Source: Barthelona sp. PCE (taxonomy: Eukaryota). Taken from it: a stretch of DNA of 64,000 nucleotides. Location: NCBI GenBank assembly GCA_040285745.1, contig JAUFOR010000006.1, forward strand, positions 310,001-374,000, read 5' to 3'. The notes under the pieces were generated by a model. It worked only from the letters and a program-made list of their open reading frames with translations. It made no database searches and was not told the DNA's origin. The position numbers were made by a program, and so were the translations under genes. Shown piece by piece: positions 53,501 through 61,542 of the stretch (positions within the stretch are counted from its first letter, which is position 1; each line of letters begins with the position of its first letter).

Positions 53501-56500
53501 GGGAAGCTGCTTCTTGATATCCTCTTGCTTTAGAATGACCTCAAGGTACATCCAAAACCGCTGACACTTGAGAACCTCATCAAGCGTAAGCGAAAAGTGC
53601 TTGAGTTTTTTCTCCCATGTTTGAATCTCAGCTTCCAATTCAGGGCACGCATTGAGGAATCGTGAATTAAGTAATGATGAAAGGGTGATCAGGTTATCCT
53701 CCAACAGGTCACTGACTTCATCAATCTCACTAAGCACGTATCCCTCGTGATGTAGTTTAACAACGAATTTAGTGGAGCGCCATCCCTCCTTAATCTTGTC
53801 AATCTGAAGTTCGAGCACGTACTCACCAAGAGCAGAGCTGGAGACCTCCAAGATCTCAGAACGTATGCCAAAGACGCCCCAGAACTCCATCTGGTCCAGA
53901 GTAAAGTCCATCTGAACGTCACGGCCAAGCAAACTGAAGATCTTCTTCCAGTGCCTCTCCTTGAGCGCAGGGTTCTGCAGCTCCTTGATCAACACCAAAT
54001 TCTTCTTCCACTGATCAACACGGGTCAGTAAATGGTTCAACACCTTGTCCTGCCCACTGACCTTTGAGCGAAGGGAAATGAGTGTTTTGAACAAACGTGT
54101 GATGGTCTCGTTCATCGTCTCATGAGACGTACCTGTCAGGAACACATCGCTCGTCCACTTGTTATGGTTCTCGTTGATTCCATCATACAGGGTCCACAAT
54201 TCCAGGTTGACATCGTATTGCTTCTTGAGCTGTTCGAACTCGTGTGTGGTAGAGTGCGAAGTCTTGAGCAAGTCCTCACTGTTGTGGTAAGTGCTAATTT
54301 GACCTTGGAACGCTTTGATCTTCTCATCAACGTTTGAAAGCTTCATCAAGCAGTGCTTTGCATCGTTCGAAGGGTCAAGGAATGTCAAAAACTCGTTTCC
54401 AGTCAGGAATCCAAGGATATCCTGCTTGAAATCTGCAATCTCGGTGTTGTGAGCGCTAATGAATGAATCGCGGTTGACAGAAATGTATTCCTTCGCGCTA
54501 TCATACAGAGCATGTGCATTGGCGTGCAGGTTGCTGACTTCACTGTGCTTGTTAATATCAGTGATGGTCAGTCTAACCTTCAGCACGTCCTTGAGATACT
54601 CATATAACTTAGAGATCTCGTTGAAGCTAAACTTGAGCGAATCCCAGTTATCCTCAAAGTCATAAACATCCCTAAGGTAGTCTAAGAAACCGGGTAAGTC
54701 CTTGATTCTGTTTTCTGGGGTCTTTAAAAGCGAGTTGTGATGTCGAAGTCTTGACTCAAGCGTAACACACCATGTCTTCAGGTTCTCGTGCATTATGATT
54801 TTGGTTAGTTCAATGTACTTCTTAGGAATGGGCATCAGCTCCTTAAGGAAGCTCTTGACATCCACCTCAATAATTCCAGTTAGAATATTCCTGATGGAAA
54901 TCGTCTCGAGTTCGTTGAGCCAGTTAGTGAATTTGTCAAGGCACGTGATGAACTCTTCGAACGTCCATTGCTTCGTCCTATAGTTCTCTTCGTCAAAATC
55001 TCTGTCCCACTGCTGGATCTCAATGAACGATCGGTACTCCTGAATGGAATCCAACGTCTTGGAGAACGAGTCCTTAATCACCTTAGAGATTGTATCCTTG
55101 ACGTTCTGGTACTCTTTAGAATCCAAAAGAATGGATAATGGGGAACAGTTCTGTGGGCTCGAGTTGACAAACAGTCCACGGATAGACGCCTGCTGATAAA
55201 GTCTTGGCAGCTCTGAAGTGAATGTCTCGACCTCAGAGAAAAGACGGTTGAACAAATGAAGTAAAGTTTCCTCACTGGGCTGGAACTTGAACCCGTCATT
55301 AACCACAACTGTAACGAGGAAGATGGGATTGATCACATCTGTCAGGAACATAAGGTTCTCTGCAACGTCCGCAACAAGTCTGTGAATGTATACCAGGTCA
55401 AGAAGACAAATAAAGTCGGGAAGTTTTGCCTGATCCCTTCGTGCATCCTTGACAGCCTGCCTAATCGTTTTATACCACTGTTTCAGCTCAAGAATTGATT
55501 TAGAAGATCCCTCCTGCTCACTAATGAGTAAGTTACGGCTCAGACGGTACTGAATTGAATTGCTAAGATTAGTGATGAGCGAACATAAATTCTCCACGAG
55601 CATCGTTACTTGTTCATTAAGGTTGCGCTTGATGGACAAATTTTCGTTCAAAAAGTCATCAGCAACACGAAATAGTCTCTCTTCGTGAGCCTTGGCCTGC
55701 GTCTGGTTGTGTAATGTTGCAGCAGCAGCTGTAGCCTGTCGAAAAACAAAGAAAAAACTGTTCCCATCAATCTGCTGAATCAACTTGTTGGCCTGCAGAT
55801 AAGCATTGAGGTAATCCTCTCTGGCTAGGAAAGAGTTCTCCTTGAATGAATCAATCATATTGTTGAACTTAAGCTTTCGCAACCACAATTTGAGGAACTT
55901 GAGCGTTTTAAACTGCCTGAAATACTTAAAGATCTTCAGGTTGCGTAGGAGATGGTACAAGTTACGCTCCCTGATAAAGTCTTCCATGTTGATGTAATCC
56001 CCGTTCTTGAAGAAAATGCTGTCCGCCGAAATAACGGCATCTGCCTCTGACTCGTTGAGCGTGAATTCTAAATCATAATAGCTACCATCTTCTACACGAC
56101 GCAGATACAAATACCTGAAAGGCTCGTCATTACCGGTTCGCAAGAAGTACAATAGCACATCATCAACCGTACGAAGATCCTTAAGCTTTCGTTGGAAAAG
56201 TCTAATACGTTCTGCGTGTTGTTTAGACACGAGAGCTTCGAACTTGTGCTGGGGGAAGTCCATTTCACCCTTGCCTCTGTTGATTGCAGTCTGTGGGTTG
56301 ATAGTGCGCAGATGTTCAAGACGAGACACAGTTATGCGCTGAATATCTCTTCTAGTCTGTGTCAAAGAATCGATTCTTTTGGTTGGTTGCTTGAAAAACG
56401 CAAAATAACGGTTTAAACGCAAAGAGGTTAAACTTGGTGATTTCTTAATTAATGTCATTGCGTTTTTGCTCAAATTATACAGCTCTTTATCATTTCTAAA

Positions 56501-56890
56501 CGGTTTTAAATCAACCTTTTCAAGTATATCACGCAAAAATTGCCACCACGAATAACTATCATGTTCTATACATGTGTTAAACAGTTCTACTAATCGCACT
56601 TGTAAAAACTGAGGAGTCAATTGGCTATTCTGCAGGAAACCACGCCAGTTCAAAATGGCGCGCTTCACTTCAGCTTCTTCATTTAATAAAGGATTGTTAG
56701 GCTCGAGTGCGTAGTCCAAAACTGATACAGGTCGTATGGGGTTCGCAATATCCATCCTTGTCTTGTGTCTAACAGCCAAAGAACTTGAAGAACGTGGTTT
56801 AACAAGTTCTTTCAAATTGGGGTTCAATCTGCGGGACTTCGGATTCCTTTTCTTGCCCAGATCTCTGCCTGATCGTTGATGATGAGGCAT
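44510..56890 (-). CDS. DNAH6: Axonemal inner-arm (single-headed) dynein heavy chain, DNAH6-like
   Basis: 4126-aa uninterrupted ORF; P-loops GPAGTGKT, GLPATGKT, GESGTGKT and GVGGSGRQ. Subfamily inferred from LCLANGQRIKL and AGSLKR. Confidence 0.85.
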   Translation of the reverse strand: MPHHQRSGRDLGKKRNPKSRRLNPNLKELVKPRSSSSLAVRHKTRMDIANPIRPVSVLDYALEPNNPLLNEEAEVKRAILNWRGFLQNSQLTPQFLQVRLVELFNTCIEHDSYSWWQFLRDILEKVDLKPFRNDKELYNLSKNAMTLIKKSPSLTSLRLNRYFAFFKQPTKRIDSLTQTRRDIQRITVSRLEHLRTINPQTAINRGKGEMDFPQHKFEALVSKQHAERIRLFQRKLKDLRTVDDVLLYFLRTGNDEPFRYLYLRRVEDGSYYDLEFTLNESEADAVISADSIFFKNGDYINMEDFIRERNLYHLLRNLKIFKYFRQFKTLKFLKLWLRKLKFNNMIDSFKENSFLAREDYLNAYLQANKLIQQIDGNSFFFVFRQATAAAATLHNQTQAKAHEERLFRVADDFLNENLSIKRNLNEQVTMLVENLCSLITNLSNSIQYRLSRNLLISEQEGSSKSILELKQWYKTIRQAVKDARRDQAKLPDFICLLDLVYIHRLVADVAENLMFLTDVINPIFLVTVVVNDGFKFQPSEETLLHLFNRLFSEVETFTSELPRLYQQASIRGLFVNSSPQNCSPLSILLDSKEYQNVKDTISKVIKDSFSKTLDSIQEYRSFIEIQQWDRDFDEENYRTKQWTFEEFITCLDKFTNWLNELETISIRNILTGIIEVDVKSFLKELMPIPKKYIELTKIIMHENLKTWCVTLESRLRHHNSLLKTPENRIKDLPGFLDYLRDVYDFEDNWDSLKFSFNEISKLYEYLKDVLKVRLTITDINKHSEVSNLHANAHALYDSAKEYISVNRDSFISAHNTEIADFKQDILGFLTGNEFLTFLDPSNDAKHCLMKLSNVDEKIKAFQGQISTYHNSEDLLKTSHSTTHEFEQLKKQYDVNLELWTLYDGINENHNKWTSDVFLTGTSHETMNETITRLFKTLISLRSKVSGQDKVLNHLLTRVDQWKKNLVLIKELQNPALKERHWKKIFSLLGRDVQMDFTLDQMEFWGVFGIRSEILEVSSSALGEYVLELQIDKIKEGWRSTKFVVKLHHEGYVLSEIDEVSDLLEDNLITLSSLLNSRFLNACPELEAEIQTWEKKLKHFSLTLDEVLKCQRFWMYLEVILKQEDIKKQLPDEYEKFSVVDLQWVSFTRNLDKDPHAITVIDDVELLEKFLNANIALEEIQKSLEEYLETKRQQFPRFYFLSNDQLLQILSQTKNPHAVQEHMIKCFDGIKKLQFEGNKVLGLQSPEGEVVSLTKQVVATEQVEFWLGDVENAMKKTLHQAQYNAFIDSSRTKRSTWLFSHPSQTILTSDLLNWTLDVETALKQVAEGDRNATNRIHDMWHKRLLELVELVRGNLPKLHRSLLSTLTIIDVHSLEVLNQLRTDGISSINDFDWLKQLRFYWEDDNLKVRQTDAEFTSAYEYLGNAGRLVITPLTDRCYITLTSAMHYSLGGNPQGPAGTGKTETVKDLAKSLAVPAIVFNASDNISAQFVAKFLRGLCSVGAFSCFDEFNRIEIEVLSVIAQQLLTIQNALRSKVESFMFEGKPLSINGNFGVFITMNPGYAGRTELPDNLKACFRPISMMVPDYSLIAEIILYSQGFAGAKVLAKKMVMLYKLASEQLSQQKHYDYGMRAIKAVLVAAGSLKRDYAELPEDIVLIRALRDSNLPKFIANDVPLFLNIISDLFPGVEIPSVDYGVLREAIEEVLTRDGFQLIPAFVGKIQQLFETHIVRHGLMLVGLPATGKTVCLNGLANALTLLHEKGITEGPGCHHYRPVDCYKLNPKSLTMYELFGFSNPISYEWTDGLVGILANNVVDAAQNSDRKKFIVFDGPVDALWIENMNTVLDDNKMLCLANGQRIKLPDTVNAVFEVRDLSEASPATVSRCGMVYLGHSDLGWQAPAETWRARMDSLIPTSGTRLFKYLVDFVEDFDKFVKNECNYAVETLLITRVETCLSLMEALMTPYFPEKEQEIVEEGGDSEILARLKEQKQNKKDSEQLNLTPDEFDRFYLLIFIYSFYWSFGGSIDQESRVKFDKYFKQMYIVHKASSIVELPVIDSIFDTFIDFKQLVFVNWEVAVPKFKPIEDASFNQIVVPTLDSSRYSHLIELAFRAGSHILFVGESGTGKTVTVNQFSNKMDEEETMLTTVSNLSARTSSYQLQTLIESKWSRKRKTVLGAPPGKGRVLFVDDMNMPAKEEYGAQPPLELIRQIIDQGGFYDRKEFFFKEVVDTHIVGAMGPPGGGRTEISDRLVAKMMQIYMPQMTDSSIKLIFTKVLESLLDRFNSEVQGTISSIVNASLSVYGVAISTLLPTPSKSHYTFNLRDLSKIVQGVCSSSPMVVSSVDSVSRLWAHETQRVFYDRLTCDEDRATFNRTIMSHVHDHFGIEHDQIPDPDTLMFGDFVGGYSEARMYRESDSYDALVTVLDSFLEDFNITYPSMEVKYVFFRDAIRHILRISRILNTPRGNALLIGVGGSGRQTATRLAAHICGQAVFSVEITNNYGVFEFREDVKKVLMNVGAENEPSVFILNDTQVVDEGFLEDINNILNSGEIPDLWANDEISRIQNSIAPYLKEHGIPESVENCLSEFVHRVREGLHIVLCMSPVGSSFRSRVRQFPALVNCCSLDWFDKWPAEALNSVAHSQLEMEALVPQKLLNSVVEMCVHLQETVTNESTRYLDELRRHNYVTPASYLDLLETFRKTLSEQHTALHSQIDRLASGLDKLRQANSTVAEMQITLTKLQPQLEKAAFETEAKLVDLQKEEVVATEARDVVAAQKEIVTEKTIECEAIRDDAAADLAEAEPIYKAALKALETLDSQQISVVRTFKRPPADVKLVMEAVCVLMGVEPTWQNAQRQLADLNFLKNLQNYDKDSIPRRIRNKVKRQYISLEEFDPKRIQRVSEAANCLCQWVIAVSKYADVVEVVGPKRQALKEAESNLAVMQAELNGKQAELDEKETIVARLKASYQAALDKQNAISDDIEDTKIKLQRAEKLTSGLADEEKRWSEDHKIISARTATLIGDSLLSAGALIYLGPFNSSFRAVLVGQWKEKLDELDVVYTKDFSLSATIANPMRVRDWITMSLPDDPLSIDNACILTNASKWPLCIDPQTQANKWLKNLEKENTLRVCRLSDDKLLRTIENAIRIGIPVLLEDIEETLDPSLEPILLKRIREVGSRKILRLGDKDVDWNEDFRFFMTTKLGNPHYVPEIQIRVTLINFTVTQKGLSDQLLSSAIRVERPDLEQQKDQLVVQIADSQKALQKVEDDILGLLSSASGNLLDDEVLIQTLDSAKKTSVSVTKSLHESEETAKNIDKIRNEYRDLANRGSIIYFVVSDMSNVDPMYQWSLNFFVSLFNLVIEKTKTGDISVAERVKLLRDEVTYAVFQNVSRGLFVKDKVLFSYLLAVQLQRDVGKITEIEWNFFLRGNTTDKHVSRFNWMSDQQYTNFMGLSKFPGFASIISDLETNKHEWTAFFESVRAGMPHMPSNYSSNTLSSWQMLMLLSITRKEKVSLLVSEFVKDVLGKRFIEMPSFDLGVSFDDSTSSTPIIFILSAGADPSDRLMKFARDKQMDSRLRILSLGQGQGPIAEALIDDAILSGDWVFLQNCHLCTSWMPALERKLDALYSDTAAIHPEFRLFLTSMPSEAFPVPVLQQGVKLTNEPPAGLKANLRGLLSEVDESLCEDAPVEFLRLLYSLCFFHSSILERKRFGPLGWNIPYEWTFSDFHISVSMLHNTVTKAFTDGQELPWKQLHYMSSIINYGGRVTDSIDQRCLDTLLQRFIEPGATKAGFALTPDSRFSIPQADSLHGFIDFVQASQVTEVPEIYGLHNNANLSFQRAQTMELLNNVLDLQPRMKSSSALSPDELVMRASDEFLSQLPATLNVPDYKRTTEAMNTVLQQECARFNKLLVVIENDLKNLKRGIKGLVVMSEGLEQSYNSLLLNRVPNLWCNNAYPSVMSLANWFADLVRRVAFFRSWCKSDPVSYHLPAFFFPQGFLTAVLQRHARQTLIPIDSLVFKTHVLEVTDPAALHEAPKTGVHVDGLMLEGAQWNSRAKVITETSVRNLVSPMNVIWLQPLKTEDSQTNSNVYQCPVYKTPTRSGVLSTTGRSTNFILPLDLPSKHPQSHWIQRGVALLCQCFE

Positions 56891-57162
56891 TTATAAGCAA
56901 AAAAGCTGAAAAGAGAGTAAAACAAATGAAAACAACCTTATCAAAGTTCTTTTTGGTTCCTTCATTTGTTAAACATGTTTTAGATTGCAAGTGTAAACCA
57001 TAGTTTAACACAATAATGCTGCTAAAGACAAATAAAATTTTGGTTATGTTAGAAAATGCGTTTTTACAAACTGCGAATAAACAAATGATAATGAATCACA
57101 AGCACAATAATAAGATAAACAAAAGAAACAATAAAAGAACACTACTGTAAAAAAACAAGCGA

Positions 57163-60100
57163 TTAAAAAGTGAAATCTGAAAGACCGTCAGAAGAAGAGC
57201 GTGAGCTCGTTGATCCACGCATTCTGAGAGGGTTGTGTGTCGAACGAATGGTAGCCAAGGGGTTTTTAAGCTTGTTGGGGACAAGTCCCAGTGAAAGATT
57301 GGCAGCCTTATTTGAAGTAAACCTCTTCTTAAACCAGTGCTTGACAACCAAAACAAGACCAATGATTGCGAGAAGAGCGTTGATAGCCATAATTCCACCA
57401 GCCCAAATTCCGCTGTTCTCTTCTGTTGTAAGGCCAAGACGAAGTGTCAAGCCTGCAATAAAGAGAAGTAGGCACGAAATATAATACAAAACTTGCATCT
57501 TGTTTTGATATGCCTTAGCGTAAGGCCACTTCTGGACATGAATAGAAATAACGGCAAAGCACGAAACCATGCCAGTTGCAGCTTGGAAAGCTGTAGAACG
57601 TGCAACAGCAACAAGAACACCACATATAAAGATCAACCAAATCTCCTCAATAACTTCATAACTTGGCAGAAGTTGACGGAAACAAGCAGTAAGACCCTGC
57701 AAAAACTCACCTGGATTCTTATGTTCCTTAAAAACTGCTGGTACAGCAATACCCACCCATATCATACCATAAACAGCAACGCAAATGGCTTGAACTGTCC
57801 AGGTGAAATCATAGCAGATCTTCTCAGGAGCAAAGGTCAGGAAGGCACCCTCAGCTGAAGGTGTGCAAGCGAAAAGCCGCGAGACACCGTACACTGTGGG
57901 GGCAAAAAACAATGTGAACAACACAGCAAAGAACTGGATGAACTTCTTTCGCATCGACAATGAAGAACCCTTTGACACCTTCACTATAGTGTACAGAATG
58001 AAGAGAACAAAGGCAGTTCCAGGGATGAGGAAGAATGAGAACCAGAATTTGAAGTTGAAGGAAAACGTTGTTAAGGGTGAACATGGGAAAGAGAGAGGAT
58101 CTAGGGAGAAGAATGAGACAAAGAAGAGGAACCATCTTAGGACTGATGGGAAATTGAAAGCACACGCTGTCAGAATCGATGACAGGGCTTGCATCCAACG
58201 TATGAGAGACTTATAACCGCCAAAGGCCTGCATCTCCGTTGATACGTCCATTAGGACAATCAGGAACACCAGAAGCCACATTCCTATGACAATAAAGAAT
58301 AACCCCATGCTAACACCACTTGAGAAACAAGTTTCACAGTAAGGCTCCAGCATGAACCTGTCCTCAAGACACTCGGTGCATGAGAAGCCACCATGACCCT
58401 CGCGACAACCGTGTGTCTCCTCTTCTGGGTCGGGGTTTCCGGAAAGCACCTCACGGCACGTTCCGCGACATCCCTCATGCTGACACCGGTATACTTCTCC
58501 ATTTTCAGCACGGTAATAACCATTACGGATACACGAAGAATTCGAACCAAAGCACATCAGACCCTCAGGACAACGAACGCACAAGAGATTGCCATCTGAG
58601 TCAGTGCTCGGGTACATACCACCCTTGCATACACAGCCATCACGAAGATGCGATGAGACCATGAGTGGAGGGCATGCGATACACACCGATTGGCCGTCTT
58701 CTTCAGTGTAGTGGTTCGAAGGACAAGGCACGCAGCCGGAAGCACTCGAGTAAGTACCGATCGGACAGTTGGAGCATGAAAGTGAACCCTGGGAGTACGT
58801 CCAAGTACCGTCGGGACATGCCTTGCATGGACCAGGAGTGGGTACATCTGAATATGTTCCGGCTAGACACTCGACGCACTGCTGACCATCAAAGCCAGAA
58901 CCGGGTGGACAGCTTGACAGTTCAATGGGGAACTGAACTGCTGTGAGGGGTGGTGATGAAGCAAACAGAGTGTAGTTGCCTGGAGGAGCAAGAAGCTCCA
59001 AGTTGAGGAACGCAGCAACTCCAGTTGCAACATCAACTGTTAGATTACCACGCACAGCTAGAATATTCGAAGCAGGCTGCAAAGATATCTTTGTATCCTT
59101 GTGGTACGTGACGAGCTGATCGAAACCATCGTAAAGACCAACATCAACATCGGCGCTGTCACTGCTCACGTTGAGCTGGACAACCCCGAGTTTTGCGCTG
59201 GGTCCTGCACGGAATGGACCATAGCCACCATCGAGCACGGTGTTGCCGTTTGCCTCTGTGAACTGAGGGAGTTCTGCAGGATTCATTGTGTAAATGCAAC
59301 CTCCTGCACGTGCCCTGTTGTTCTTGCAAACGACACCATCGAAAGTTGAAAACTCGTTATACTCGTCATAGATTGCTCCACCGAGAACACCTTCATTTCC
59401 TTCAAAGAGCGCATCGTTCATGTCGATATCACTACGCACAAGATGCAGAGGAGAAACCGAGTTAACCGCTTCAATGTGAGACATATTTGCCTTGCAATGC
59501 AGAAGGCTGACACATGTTTCGCAGCCGTCCATCGTAATGTCAATCATCTCCACAGCCGAGTACTCGACCTTTAAGGATGTGTTGATTCCAAGCTTGACTG
59601 TATCAAGCTTGACATGTCCGTTCTTGAAAATTGCCGTTGTTGAGTTTAACTCGGTTCCCGTGACCGTGAAATTGGAATCCAGCTGTCTGAGATTGATATT
59701 TGCAAAACGGCTGTCTGTGGCGTCAAAATCGCTGTTAGTAAGATAAAACTCGTTTGCAGCAGTGGTGTTCTGCATTATAACGGAAGACTTGGTTGAGGTC
59801 AAGAAGGATGCACCGTACTCGTCAATCACGGAGTTGCGCAAAGCAACAACACCGTCCGATACATGGATACCCGTTGCCTTAGGCCCGATATTCTCTGCAA
59901 AGTGACATTTATCACAGTCAAGCTCAGAGCTCATAAGACCAAAAACACTACCGACACCATCACTTTCAACAACTACATTGTTGGAGAACTCACAGTTATC
60001 AGCTGAGATTTTCGTGTCAATCGCATAAATAAATCCTCCTCCCTTTGGGCTGACGTTGTCCTCGGCTGTGACACCGCTGAGTACAACGGATGGGCACCTT

Positions 60101-60864
60101 GTGAGGTGAATAGCACCACCATGTGCTGTACCGCTGTTGTTGCGGAAAGCTGTGTCACGGATAACCAGCGTCGATATACTGGCATCAATGCCAGCAGCGA
60201 TCGATCTAGTTGAGTGTGCCACATTGTTAAGGATGTGAGAGTCCTCAATTTCAACGTGGCTATCAATAATTTGAATTGTTCCACTAATATCTTTACCATC
60301 CATCACAACCACATCGCGCAGTGTTACATTCGCTAGGTTCAGCTGGATGTGGCATCCCTGAATCTTGAAGCCCTGGATATGCATATGAGGAAGGGGCTGG
60401 TTAGCATCAAGAAGAAGGCCATACGAAATCGAAATTGGAGAGTATTTAGACCCCTCACATTTGATCGTAGTTGATAGCGCTCCGTCGACTGATTCGAGGC
60501 TGAAAACCTCATCTTCGCTTCTTTGAGCAATAGTAAACTTTTTAGCGCTGGAACTTTCTTCCCCAATAATGGAGTCCATAAGGTACTCACCGCTGAGGAA
60601 TTTGAAGACCCTTTCTGCTTGCCAATCATCTGTGATACCAACCTCGCACATGGGATCTCCGGGATTATCCACACAAGCCTCCATTTTATCGAATTGGTCC
60701 ATTGAATACTTGAACGTTCGACATGGGCTTGCTAACGGACCGCAAGTAGGCGTATCTAACCCAGTTGGAGCTATATGGATGTAATCATACCCAAATGAGA
60801 AGGAACAGAAAAATGCGAGTACCAACAGAAACGTGTACAAAAAAGAGACGCGTACGCTTGTCAT
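57163..60864 (-). CDS. Large surface receptor-like protein: signal peptide, beta-helix (Pmp/pectin-lyase-like) repeats, Cys-rich GCC2/ephrin-receptor-like repeats, multi-TM C-terminus
   Basis: CGPLASPCRTF, FRNN..HGGAI, FEGNEGVLGGAI, CPPGS/CLAGTY/CPDGTW/CPIGTY and about 8-9 hydrophobic helices. Confidence 0.88.
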   Translation of the reverse strand: MTSVRVSFLYTFLLVLAFFCSFSFGYDYIHIAPTGLDTPTCGPLASPCRTFKYSMDQFDKMEACVDNPGDPMCEVGITDDWQAERVFKFLSGEYLMDSIIGEESSSAKKFTIAQRSEDEVFSLESVDGALSTTIKCEGSKYSPISISYGLLLDANQPLPHMHIQGFKIQGCHIQLNLANVTLRDVVVMDGKDISGTIQIIDSHVEIEDSHILNNVAHSTRSIAAGIDASISTLVIRDTAFRNNSGTAHGGAIHLTRCPSVVLSGVTAEDNVSPKGGGFIYAIDTKISADNCEFSNNVVVESDGVGSVFGLMSSELDCDKCHFAENIGPKATGIHVSDGVVALRNSVIDEYGASFLTSTKSSVIMQNTTAANEFYLTNSDFDATDSRFANINLRQLDSNFTVTGTELNSTTAIFKNGHVKLDTVKLGINTSLKVEYSAVEMIDITMDGCETCVSLLHCKANMSHIEAVNSVSPLHLVRSDIDMNDALFEGNEGVLGGAIYDEYNEFSTFDGVVCKNNRARAGGCIYTMNPAELPQFTEANGNTVLDGGYGPFRAGPSAKLGVVQLNVSSDSADVDVGLYDGFDQLVTYHKDTKISLQPASNILAVRGNLTVDVATGVAAFLNLELLAPPGNYTLFASSPPLTAVQFPIELSSCPPGSGFDGQQCVECLAGTYSDVPTPGPCKACPDGTWTYSQGSLSCSNCPIGTYSSASGCVPCPSNHYTEEDGQSVCIACPPLMVSSHLRDGCVCKGGMYPSTDSDGNLLCVRCPEGLMCFGSNSSCIRNGYYRAENGEVYRCQHEGCRGTCREVLSGNPDPEEETHGCREGHGGFSCTECLEDRFMLEPYCETCFSSGVSMGLFFIVIGMWLLVFLIVLMDVSTEMQAFGGYKSLIRWMQALSSILTACAFNFPSVLRWFLFFVSFFSLDPLSFPCSPLTTFSFNFKFWFSFFLIPGTAFVLFILYTIVKVSKGSSLSMRKKFIQFFAVLFTLFFAPTVYGVSRLFACTPSAEGAFLTFAPEKICYDFTWTVQAICVAVYGMIWVGIAVPAVFKEHKNPGEFLQGLTACFRQLLPSYEVIEEIWLIFICGVLVAVARSTAFQAATGMVSCFAVISIHVQKWPYAKAYQNKMQVLYYISCLLLFIAGLTLRLGLTTEENSGIWAGGIMAINALLAIIGLVLVVKHWFKKRFTSNKAANLSLGLVPNKLKNPLATIRSTHNPLRMRGSTSSRSSSDGLSDFTF

Positions 60865-61055
60865 TAACGCAAAAAAGAAGTAAAACAATCGAAAACGAAA
60901 TAAAAAACTGCTTCAAACGTTAGAGATACAATAAAAGTTGGCAGCATCATACATTTACATCGATTAAGAACAGTGGAGACGAATTAAACCGTCATCATGC
61001 TTAAGAAAATCGTAATCTGCTATTGCTTTACATACTCATTCACAATAGTTGTAAG

Positions 61056-61541
61056 ATGGACGACAATGTTGAGTTCTCTGCATTGAAGGGGGCTGTTGAA
61101 GGTTCAACCTCAAAACTCGCAGCCAATGAAAACAATGAATTTATGACCACAGATTTTACGGAAGATCACAAGCCTGTTAATAGGCGCCACACAAGATCCA
61201 GACGCACAACCAATGAGATGCTTCAAGATTCCGACGATGAGGACAAAGATGATATTGAAGTTGCTGATGAGTCTTTGCGAAGAGCGAGACTCCTAATGTG
61301 TGATGAAGGAAGGGCAAAGGGTCTTCGAGCATGTTCAACATGTGGGCTTGTACTCCAAGAAAAGCAGACTAAAGATCTCAACAATTGTCCAGCTTGTGGT
61401 GATCAATCTCTCTGGACTCCTGATTTTAAGGGTGCTGTTGGGATTCTTGACCCCAAGCGGTCGTTTATTATCAAGAAATTCCGAACGCTCCACACAGTTC
61501 GATCAGGTGCCATACATACACCCATTGTTCACCATCAGTAA
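61056..61541 (+). CDS. SPT4: Transcription elongation factor Spt4 with an N-terminal charged extension
   Basis: LRACSTCGLV...CPACG...TPDFKGAVGILDPKRSFI. Confidence 0.8.
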   Translation: MDDNVEFSALKGAVEGSTSKLAANENNEFMTTDFTEDHKPVNRRHTRSRRTTNEMLQDSDDEDKDDIEVADESLRRARLLMCDEGRAKGLRACSTCGLVLQEKQTKDLNNCPACGDQSLWTPDFKGAVGILDPKRSFIIKKFRTLHTVRSGAIHTPIVHHQ

Positions 61542-61542
61542 A

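Noticed and set aside
44510..56890. Possible split or trans-spliced dynein heavy chain as in Giardia
   Set aside because: A single uninterrupted 4126-aa ORF containing all motor motifs
44908..60784. Many 60-165-aa ORFs antisense or out of frame within dynein and the receptor gene (and similar ones across the window)
   Set aside because: Shadow ORFs of long real genes with no recognisable motifs
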